The notes under the pieces: model-generated
Database searches by the model: none
The model's input: the letters and a program-made list of their open reading frames with translations, nothing else
What the model was told of the DNA's origin: nothing
Shown here: positions 16,100 to 23,917 of the stretch, one piece after another
Position numbering within the stretch: position 1 is the first letter of the stretch
Layout of the letters: the number at the start of each line of letters is the position of its first letter
Origin: a virus
Taxonomy: Duplodnaviria; Caudoviricetes
Virus record (IMG/VR): IMGVR_UViG_3300027571_000752
Coordinates: 1 to 24,153 of that record
Reading direction: 5' to 3' (one strand)
Length of the DNA stretch: 24,153 nucleotides
Translations under genes and position numbers: made by a program

Positions 16100-18775
16100 A
16101 TGTCAATGATAGACTATGTTAAAAAGCGAGAATACATTGTAACATTAAAGAACTTCGAAGACTTAGAAGCATTTTACGCTGAGATGCAAGACTTTGGAAA
16201 GTTTCCAGGAAGCTGTGCTCCTGTTCGAGAAGTCGATTGTATCGAGCAACGACCTAGTAGCAGAAGTACACATTATTTGTTAACTGACTGGGAAGCAAGT
16301 GAATTAAGAGACGACATTCGAGTTCAATCAGTTGAGTTACATCCGTCATTAAAAGGTATAACAGCAGGAGAATTTGCAGCTACAAAAACACAAACTTCTA
16401 GTAACTGGAATAAATCAACTAGTACTAGTAGCAATATGTTAAATTTTGCACTGCTTCGTTGTACAGAAGAAGTAAATAGAGCAGGGTGGGGAAGCGACGG
16501 AACACCCAATGCTACAGGAACTGTAACATTAAGTGCCACTGGTAAAAATGTCGACGTTGTTATAGTTGACGGGGACGGAGTTGCACTAGGACATCCTGAG
16601 TATGCAGTAAACGCAGACGGCACAGGTGGAACAAGATTTAATGAATATAACTGGTATCAACATAATTTAGCAGTTAAAGGAACAGCTCCCGGAACTTACA
16701 CATATAGTCCATCAGTATACAGTAGTCATGCAACGCATACAACAGGAACTACCGCAGGTAATACGCAAGGATGGGCTAGAGATGCTAATCTTTACAATAT
16801 ATATTATCTAGCAGGTGACGGAGCAGATTACAACTTTCCTTGGGTTATGGACTATGTTAGAGAATTTCATAGAACTAAATCTATTAATCCGGAAACTGGG
16901 CGCAAGAATCCTACAATAACAAACAATAGCTGGGGAATGAGTATATTTCCGGCAGAATGGTCATTTTCCGATATCACAGCAGTAACTTATAGAGGAACTA
17001 GGTACACTCCTAGCGCAGGCGGTGCAACATATACAGGATATAGCGGAGTTTGTACTTCTAATGCTAGATTGGCTACACTTGTTGGTGAAGAAAATATCGG
17101 TAACAGAATTTCAACAGACGGGCCTTACACTCCGCCATCTGGTTCAATTTTATCTAAACCTACTACTTGGATACAAGAGGGACAATCAGCATACCTTGCA
17201 GATTTTGCACAACCGGATCCAAGTTACGAATTAACTATAAGTGGGCCGGCTGATATTAATTTAATTCATAATGTTGCCATGGACGCTGTTAGTGGTGCTA
17301 TGTCAATCTCCGGACTTATTACCGTTAGAGATCAATCATCAAATATTGTTCATACATTCTCCGATGCTGCAAGCAGCACCGATGGCGGAACTATTGAAAT
17401 AAACGCATCAGCGACTAATATTTCTTTACCTAACATTCAAACTTATACTGTAACATTTGATACAACTATAACTTCCGACGGACAAAATATTACCTATGCC
17501 ACTGGCATGAGCTTAACTGTTATAACAGAATCAACACCTGCAACAGCTACGGTAACAGAAATTACAAATTCGCTATTAGGTGCAGCATCATTAACACCGT
17601 CTACTACGCCAACTTCAGGAAATAATGATGATGGTTTTTGGGAATTAACGCTACCTTTTAATATTTCATATCTCGGAAACAGTTATAATACAATTTATGT
17701 TGGTACTAATTCATATCTTACATTTACAGCAGGATCTGTTGCTTACTCAAGCCTCGGAGCAGCGAATCCTAATTTACCAAAAATAATGTGGAGTTCTGCA
17801 GATAACAGTGTTCAGCGTATATATTATGGGGTAGAAGGTACTGCTCCAAATAGAGTTTACAGAATAAGAGTAGAAGGCAACGGTGGTGTTAGCGGTACAT
17901 TAGGATCTCCTAATATGGTGTCTGAGTACGTTTTCTATGAGGATACTCCTAATCAGATAGATTTACAACTAGGTGCAAATAATAGAAAAACAACATCTAG
18001 CGGATTTACTTCAGGACAATTAAATTCCTGGGGATTTATTTCTGGACAACGTATACCTGCCAGAGTCGCTGCACTAGATGCCGATGTCGAAGATGCTATG
18101 GCAGAAGGTATTATCTACGTAGGAGCAGCTGGTAACGGATTATGGAAACACGATGTGCCGGGCGGTCTTGACTGGAATAATACTTTTGAGATGGGTACTA
18201 GATACCCAGGGCAAGTTTATTATTACATGAGAGGTTCCAGTCCAACTGCAAATGATACAACTAGTCACCCTGACGGCACTTACGAATTACCAAATATTTG
18301 TGTAGGTGCAACAGATTTACAAACAATCGATCAAAAATCTTACTATAGCGATTGTGGCCCAGGTGTTGATATTTGGGCTCCAGGAACTGGTATATTGAGT
18401 GCATATAACTCCGGTGTTTCTGATCCTAGAAGTACTGGGACGACATATTATCTAGGAAAAATAAACGGAACTAGTATGGCTAGTCCTCAAGTCTGCGGAG
18501 TTCTTGCGTGTGCATTAGAATTAAATCCTCATTGGAATCAGGTGCAGGCAAAAGCATTTATTACGGGTGTTGCTAAATCGAATCAGGTAATATCTACATC
18601 TGGCGGGCCGGCTGATATTAGAGATACTCAAAATGCTGCTGACAAATTCTTGTTTTACAGGAACGATCGTCCTAGTAGCGGTCAAACTTTACCAAAAAAC
18701 ACACAAGGTGTGCGCCCCAACAATGGTTTAGCATGGCCGCGTCCTAAAATTTATAGATACGGTAGTTCATACTAA
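16100..18775 (+). CDS. Subtilisin-family (peptidase S8) serine protease 2, paralogue of the upstream gene (891 aa)
   Basis: Asp157 in VDVVIVD, His210 in SHATHTTG, TNNSWG, Asn679 in AAGN, VDIWAPG, Ser792 in NGTSMASPQVCG. I9-like N-terminus; SD AAGGA upstream. Confidence 0.93.
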   Translation: MSMIDYVKKREYIVTLKNFEDLEAFYAEMQDFGKFPGSCAPVREVDCIEQRPSSRSTHYLLTDWEASELRDDIRVQSVELHPSLKGITAGEFAATKTQTSSNWNKSTSTSSNMLNFALLRCTEEVNRAGWGSDGTPNATGTVTLSATGKNVDVVIVDGDGVALGHPEYAVNADGTGGTRFNEYNWYQHNLAVKGTAPGTYTYSPSVYSSHATHTTGTTAGNTQGWARDANLYNIYYLAGDGADYNFPWVMDYVREFHRTKSINPETGRKNPTITNNSWGMSIFPAEWSFSDITAVTYRGTRYTPSAGGATYTGYSGVCTSNARLATLVGEENIGNRISTDGPYTPPSGSILSKPTTWIQEGQSAYLADFAQPDPSYELTISGPADINLIHNVAMDAVSGAMSISGLITVRDQSSNIVHTFSDAASSTDGGTIEINASATNISLPNIQTYTVTFDTTITSDGQNITYATGMSLTVITESTPATATVTEITNSLLGAASLTPSTTPTSGNNDDGFWELTLPFNISYLGNSYNTIYVGTNSYLTFTAGSVAYSSLGAANPNLPKIMWSSADNSVQRIYYGVEGTAPNRVYRIRVEGNGGVSGTLGSPNMVSEYVFYEDTPNQIDLQLGANNRKTTSSGFTSGQLNSWGFISGQRIPARVAALDADVEDAMAEGIIYVGAAGNGLWKHDVPGGLDWNNTFEMGTRYPGQVYYYMRGSSPTANDTTSHPDGTYELPNICVGATDLQTIDQKSYYSDCGPGVDIWAPGTGILSAYNSGVSDPRSTGTTYYLGKINGTSMASPQVCGVLACALELNPHWNQVQAKAFITGVAKSNQVISTSGGPADIRDTQNAADKFLFYRNDRPSSGQTLPKNTQGVRPNNGLAWPRPKIYRYGSSY

Positions 18776-18795
18776 ACTGCTCTCTCGTTTTTGGG

Positions 18796-18801
18796 TAAAT
18801 A
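18796..18801 (+). promoter_or_regulatory. T4-late-like promoter core (TAAATA)
   Basis: GGTAAATA in a 43-bp gap, followed by SD GGAG and ATG 18819. Confidence 0.55.
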
Positions 18802-18818
18802 CATAAACCGGAGCTAAA

Positions 18819-21800
18819 ATGGCGCTATCTGTATGGACACAATTATCGGGATATAGTTTTGGGACTATAAATGAAAGACAAACTGTTAATATCCCACTTC
18901 CCGTTCTGTTTACCGCTAATGTAACATTTAAAGTTATTAGTGGTAAATTACCACCAGGTTTACGAATTGTAAATAGCAATATTGTCGGTACGCCTTACGA
19001 AGTTCCAAGAACTACAGATTTTAAATTTGTAATACGTGCCAGTAATACAGACGGAATTTCTGATAGAACTTTCTATTTCACAGTAGAAGGCGCCGACGAA
19101 CCAAATTGGGTCACTCCTACCGGGCCGTTGCCTGTAGGAAGCAACGATGCATATTATATTTTAGATAGCAGTTATATAGATTTTCAACTAATAGTTAGTG
19201 ATACAGATACTGCTACTGGACAAAAACTTCACTTTTTTATTGCCAGCGACGAAGGCGAACTTCCTCCCGGACTTGTATTAACTACAGAAGGGCGTATTAC
19301 TGGATTTGTACAACCGTTATTAGCTGTTCCACTAGCTGCTGGTAGCGGATCGTACGACGAGGGATTGTATGATCAAGTAGCATATGATTTTGGTTATCGA
19401 CCAAGCAACGGATACGACACTTACGTATTTGATTTAACAGTATTCGACTTTAGCGTCCCAACCGGTCGACCTAGAAAACTTAATAGAAATTACGAATTCT
19501 TAGTAACTGTAACAGACGGTGATACTATTGCTAAAAGAAAATTTAGAATATTTGTAGTCGGCGACGATTTCTTTAGAGCAGATAATATTGTTGAGCAAGC
19601 AGGAACTGGAGTATACACTGCTGACATAACTTACGTTAGGGCTCCGATATTTACTACGCCGAACTATTTAGGTTTACGTAGAGCAAACAATTACCAGACG
19701 TTTATGATTGAAACATATGATGGGTTTACTGATCTAGGACCTATCACGTATCAGTTGTCTGATGTGAATTCTTTAATTAGCGGTATTTGTATTCGAGAAT
19801 TGCCCACTGATAATATTGTAGGATCGTTGTTTATAAGATTAGAAAGATCGAGCGATGTGCCACAAGTAGGATACAAGATTAGTTTTAATGGTGAGTTTGA
19901 CGGTGCTACAGGCGCAATCTATGAAATTATAGATGTAGATGTGTTAGGTGGGGATATCTATAGACTCACTTTAGACACTGGGTTAGAAATGACTATTCCT
20001 AATAGTACTGGAATATACATGGGCACAATGTCTGAACTACCACCAAGGATGGAATTTGATTTTACTACTGGAGAAGTATTCGGTGTTGTTCCTTACCAAC
20101 CAGCAATTACGCAAACTTACCAGTTTACAATTAAGGCATATCGATTTGGACAAGGCTCTGAAAAAGCAGTTAGTAGACGTGTGTTTACTGTTGACATATT
20201 AGGAGAAGTAGAAAGTGTAATGAGTTGGATTAGTCCAACAGATTTAGGAACTATAGACTCTGGCTACGTAAGCACACTAGCAATAAAGGCAGCTTCTACA
20301 TTATCAACTAGTGCAATTCTATACACACTAGAAAGTGGCAGACTTCCTTTAGGATTAACTCTAAACTTAGATGGCGAAGTTACTGGAAAGGTTAATCAGT
20401 TATCTAGCTTGTTCCGATATAAAAGTTATTGGAAAAGCTCAACCTCGTACAACCCGCGAGATATTGTAAAAATAAACAACATACGAGGTATTAAGAGTGT
20501 AACTAGAAGAAAAAATATAGCTAGTGTTGTAACCAGCGTTGATCACGATTTCTTAACGGGCGACTTAGTTGAAATTGTGTCAGATGATTTAGGATTTAAT
20601 TACTACAATGCAGTTGAGGTAGATATTTCTCCTATACAATTAGAATCATTTACTAGTATTACAGGATCCGGGCCTTATAGAATAACATTTGCAATACCTA
20701 CTCAGAAAATTGCTCCATTGGCTCCTGTAGTTACATTAATAAGCGGAACAGCAATTTCAACTGCACCTGCTGTTTATAATAATGTTTCTGCATCAAGCTC
20801 AACAGGTTTGGGTACCGGTGCACGATTTAGAGTTGAAAAAGGAAACAACGGAATTTTAGGCACACCGACATATGTTGGAGTGACAACAATATCATTGCTA
20901 GATCCCGGAACTGGGTATCTCCCAGGCGATAGGATAACTATTTCTGGTGCTGATCTCGGAGGGACTAACGGAACACACGATTTAACATTTACAACATCCA
21001 CCGGTCTTGAATTTTATTACAGGATCAACGGAAACAGTAATACTAATTTCAATGGAAGATTCTTTGCAACATCTTCAACATCGAGTAGTATAACATTAAA
21101 CTTCGAAGAAGATCCGGGAACTTGGGGTTCAGGCACTATTAGTGTTACAACTGGTCCTGGCACCTATGAAGGACAAACTTTAATAATACCAGTAAACTAC
21201 TTTAACTATCCAAATAAAGGCAAATCGTTATCGATGAAGGTAGCTAGCGGTACTACTTACAATGCTCCAATATATTACAAGGCAAATACTGCACACACTT
21301 CAGGATTAACATTTAACGCCGTTTACTGGGATCTATATCGGTTCCCTGAAGAAGATTTGTCATTAACTACTTTTGATCAGGGAAGTTTAACAATTGACGG
21401 TAACGAAACTTCGTTAGATAGAAAATACACGTTTACAGTACATGCTAGAGATCAATTAGGTTATAGTGCTGTTACTAAAACATTTACCTTAACTGTTAAT
21501 ACACCTAACGATACTTACTACAGTAATATTAGTACTCGTCCATTTTTAAAACTTGAACAACGAGATATGTTCAAGGAATTTATAAATGACCCTTCTGTGT
21601 TTAATCCATCATTAATTTACAGGCCAACAGATACATACTTTGGGATACAACGAGATTTAAGGATGTTAGTGTTTGCAGGAATAGAAACTAAGTCTGCCGC
21701 AGAGTATGTAAGTGCGATGGGTAGAAATCACAGGACTAAGAGATTTAAATTTGGCGAAGTTAAGAAAGCAGTTGCTAAAACTCCAGGTACTAACGATGTA

Positions 21801-22361
21801 ATTTACGAAGTGATATACTTAGAAATGTTAGACCCTCTAGAAAAAGATGGTAAACATTTACCGCTATCGCTTAAATTAAATTCGTCTAATGTGCAAATAA
21901 AAGTAGACCAAACTGGAGAATTTTATAAAGGACCATTTGATACAGTTAACCCATACTGGAAACGTCCAATACCTTTATATGCGACAATAGACAGGAATGA
22001 CATTTTTGCTGGCGACTCTGGTTCAAGAATTAAATTGCCATCGAGCATTAGTTTATGGCGGTATCGAATTAAAAATATGACTAACACCCAAAGTGAAAGA
22101 AACTACTTACCGCTTTGGATGCGTAGTATTCAACCGGAACAAACCCAAGAAATCAACTTTGTTCCAGCAGTACCATTATGTTACTGCAAACCAGGTGGAG
22201 CAGATGAGATTATACTGAATATAAAAAATTATATTAAAAATAACCCATTTAACTTCAATTTATTAGATTATACCGTTGACAGATATATAATAGATTCTGT
22301 CGAGGGTGAGTACACAGATAAATATCTTGTATTTAGAAACGATAGGACTACAATAACATGA
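18819..22361 (+). CDS. Large virion structural protein with putative Ig/cadherin-like (He_PIG-type) repeats, probable baseplate component (1180 aa)
   Basis: Four repeats of the GxLPxGLxL..GxIxG..(F/Y)xFxxxA type: SGKLPPGLRI, GELPPGLVLTTEGRITG, ELPPRMEFDFTTGEVFG, SGRLPLGLTLNLDGEVTG. Located in the structural module. Confidence 0.65.
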   Translation: MALSVWTQLSGYSFGTINERQTVNIPLPVLFTANVTFKVISGKLPPGLRIVNSNIVGTPYEVPRTTDFKFVIRASNTDGISDRTFYFTVEGADEPNWVTPTGPLPVGSNDAYYILDSSYIDFQLIVSDTDTATGQKLHFFIASDEGELPPGLVLTTEGRITGFVQPLLAVPLAAGSGSYDEGLYDQVAYDFGYRPSNGYDTYVFDLTVFDFSVPTGRPRKLNRNYEFLVTVTDGDTIAKRKFRIFVVGDDFFRADNIVEQAGTGVYTADITYVRAPIFTTPNYLGLRRANNYQTFMIETYDGFTDLGPITYQLSDVNSLISGICIRELPTDNIVGSLFIRLERSSDVPQVGYKISFNGEFDGATGAIYEIIDVDVLGGDIYRLTLDTGLEMTIPNSTGIYMGTMSELPPRMEFDFTTGEVFGVVPYQPAITQTYQFTIKAYRFGQGSEKAVSRRVFTVDILGEVESVMSWISPTDLGTIDSGYVSTLAIKAASTLSTSAILYTLESGRLPLGLTLNLDGEVTGKVNQLSSLFRYKSYWKSSTSYNPRDIVKINNIRGIKSVTRRKNIASVVTSVDHDFLTGDLVEIVSDDLGFNYYNAVEVDISPIQLESFTSITGSGPYRITFAIPTQKIAPLAPVVTLISGTAISTAPAVYNNVSASSSTGLGTGARFRVEKGNNGILGTPTYVGVTTISLLDPGTGYLPGDRITISGADLGGTNGTHDLTFTTSTGLEFYYRINGNSNTNFNGRFFATSSTSSSITLNFEEDPGTWGSGTISVTTGPGTYEGQTLIIPVNYFNYPNKGKSLSMKVASGTTYNAPIYYKANTAHTSGLTFNAVYWDLYRFPEEDLSLTTFDQGSLTIDGNETSLDRKYTFTVHARDQLGYSAVTKTFTLTVNTPNDTYYSNISTRPFLKLEQRDMFKEFINDPSVFNPSLIYRPTDTYFGIQRDLRMLVFAGIETKSAAEYVSAMGRNHRTKRFKFGEVKKAVAKTPGTNDVIYEVIYLEMLDPLEKDGKHLPLSLKLNSSNVQIKVDQTGEFYKGPFDTVNPYWKRPIPLYATIDRNDIFAGDSGSRIKLPSSISLWRYRIKNMTNTQSERNYLPLWMRSIQPEQTQEINFVPAVPLCYCKPGGADEIILNIKNYIKNNPFNFNLLDYTVDRYIIDSVEGEYTDKYLVFRNDRTTIT
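22317..22324 (+). promoter_or_regulatory. Possible late promoter (GATAAATA) embedded in the 3' end of the 1180-aa gene
   Basis: Same 8-mer as at 120-127, 33 nt upstream of ATG 22358, with SD-like AGGA in between. It could be coincidental coding sequence (DKY). Confidence 0.35.
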
Positions 22362-23677
22362 CAAGTGCAATAATTTCGTCAACGATAGACGCAGATTTTC
22401 CAATTGCTGGCCAGGACAACGATAGCCAGGGTTTTAGAGATAATTTCACAATTATCAAAGATGGACTAGCAACTGCTGGCGCCGAAATTACCGTGCTGCA
22501 AGATAATACTGCAAAAACTAATGCAGACAATGATTTTAACGGCAATGTAATCGATAATGCTCAAACTAACAGACTTTTCGGAACAGTTTATACCACTACA
22601 ACTACATCACTTACAAATGTCAGTTTAAATAACGGAGAATACCAAGATATTACCGTTAGTGGCAACCATACATTAACATTAGTTGATTGGCCAGGTACAG
22701 GTTTGTACGCTAAAATTAAACTTGGATTGAAAAGTAACGGAGCAACAAGGACAATTACATTTGCTACTGAAGCTGGCGGAGTTATTAAAAAAGAAATCAC
22801 TCAAGCGTTGGCTGCTGCAACCGGAGCAGACAGATCACCGTCTAGCGGTGCCACGACTTCAGGTTATTTAAGTTTTCTAAAATCTAACTTAACTAATACA
22901 TTCCAAGCGTCTGAAAGACTGTTCGGAACAGGATTAACAGGCGAAGTAGTAATTAATACCGTTACAGATTTAACAGGAATTACTGCTACATTGACGGCAG
23001 CTCCAATAACTAAAGAATATACCGCAATTTCATCAGGCGCGAAAGTAACAACATCAGTAACTTCAGTTGGTATTACTAACGGTGACGAGGTTACATTAAG
23101 CGACACTACAGGCATTAGTGGTCTAGTAACTACAACTACATATTATGCATACGGTGCAGACGGTACTGGTTTCTACCTAGCAGAAAGTTACAGCGATGCA
23201 ATTAGTGGAACTCCAGTTCCGGGATTATCTGGCGCATTCAGTGGGACTGCTACTGCAACATTACCGAACATGACTGGATCTAATCTAGTTACTGTTAGTT
23301 CTACTACTGGCATGTATACTAATATGCCTATAGCGTTTAGTGGATCTAACTTTGGCGGTATTGTGTCATCAACCGATTATTATGTTACAGTAGTCGATTC
23401 AACACATATTAGATTATCTATTACGCTAGGTGGTGCACCAATTACGTTAACTTCAGGTTCTGGCACATTAACTATTGTACCTAGAGAAACTGTTGCCGTC
23501 GGTTGTACTAGTCAAGTTATAACTAGCGGGTCTGGGTTAACTATTACAACATCAGCTGATATGTTTCCAGTACCATTTACTGTAGATGCAGATGTTAACA
23601 AAACTAAAATAGTAGAAGCATGGACGACAGACGGTGGTGCTACTATATTTTTAAAATACCTAGGTGAATTTGCATGA
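22358..23677 (+). CDS. Phage structural (fibre/baseplate-associated) protein, 439 aa
   Basis: N-terminal IDADFPIAGQDNDSQGFRDNFTIIK followed by a short coiled coil; T/G/S-rich beta modules; ATGA overlap with the upstream gene. Confidence 0.6.
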   Translation: MTSAIISSTIDADFPIAGQDNDSQGFRDNFTIIKDGLATAGAEITVLQDNTAKTNADNDFNGNVIDNAQTNRLFGTVYTTTTTSLTNVSLNNGEYQDITVSGNHTLTLVDWPGTGLYAKIKLGLKSNGATRTITFATEAGGVIKKEITQALAAATGADRSPSSGATTSGYLSFLKSNLTNTFQASERLFGTGLTGEVVINTVTDLTGITATLTAAPITKEYTAISSGAKVTTSVTSVGITNGDEVTLSDTTGISGLVTTTTYYAYGADGTGFYLAESYSDAISGTPVPGLSGAFSGTATATLPNMTGSNLVTVSSTTGMYTNMPIAFSGSNFGGIVSSTDYYVTVVDSTHIRLSITLGGAPITLTSGSGTLTIVPRETVAVGCTSQVITSGSGLTITTSADMFPVPFTVDADVNKTKIVEAWTTDGGATIFLKYLGEFA

Positions 23678-23907
23678 TACATCCGTTAGCTGAAGATTTT
23701 ACTAGTCTTAAAGATTCCGAAATTGAAGGGAAGTTGCAAGACTTAACTAAAAAATATTGGCAAGCTAGTAACCCATTGGTTAAACAACAAATAGCAGTTT
23801 TCATCGATATCTACAAAACAGAAATGAATACTAGAAGATCGAAACAAATAGATCAACTATACCAAAAACGTGACAAAGGACTTGACAATTTAATTAAAGT
23901 TAATTAA
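23674..23907 (+). CDS. Small helical phage hypothetical protein (77 aa)
   Basis: ATGA overlap with the upstream stop, SD-like AGGTG, charged amphipathic sequence. Confidence 0.7.
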   Translation: MIHPLAEDFTSLKDSEIEGKLQDLTKKYWQASNPLVKQQIAVFIDIYKTEMNTRRSKQIDQLYQKRDKGLDNLIKVN

Positions 23908-23910
23908 AAT
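23882..23910 (+). promoter_or_regulatory. Near-consensus sigma70-type promoter TTGACA-N17-TAAAAT
   Basis: TTGACA at 23882-23887, 17-nt spacer, TAAAAT at 23905-23910; ATG at 23918. Confidence 0.75.
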
Positions 23911-23917
23911 ATGTCAT

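Noticed and set aside
14418-18110. Inteins or introns explaining the large protease insertions
   Set aside because: No C/S...HN splice junction motifs or LAGLIDADG/HNH motifs were seen, and the frames are uninterrupted. The inserts look like folded beta domains.
13614-18775. Subtilases as an anti-phage defence module or as prohead proteases
   Set aside because: There is no partner ATPase or effector gene and no adjacent portal, capsid or scaffold gene. The context is entirely tail/fibre-like.
674-23115. Numerous 60-140 aa minus-strand and alternate-frame ORFs in the ORF track
   Set aside because: All overlap long, motif-rich plus-strand genes and show no recognisable motifs. They are best explained as shadows of biased codon usage.
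143-23907. Stop-codon reassignment, since no called gene ends in TAG
   Set aside because: Genes are full length and tightly packed under the standard code, with no in-frame TAG or TGA interruptions. Eleven stops are too few to infer anything.
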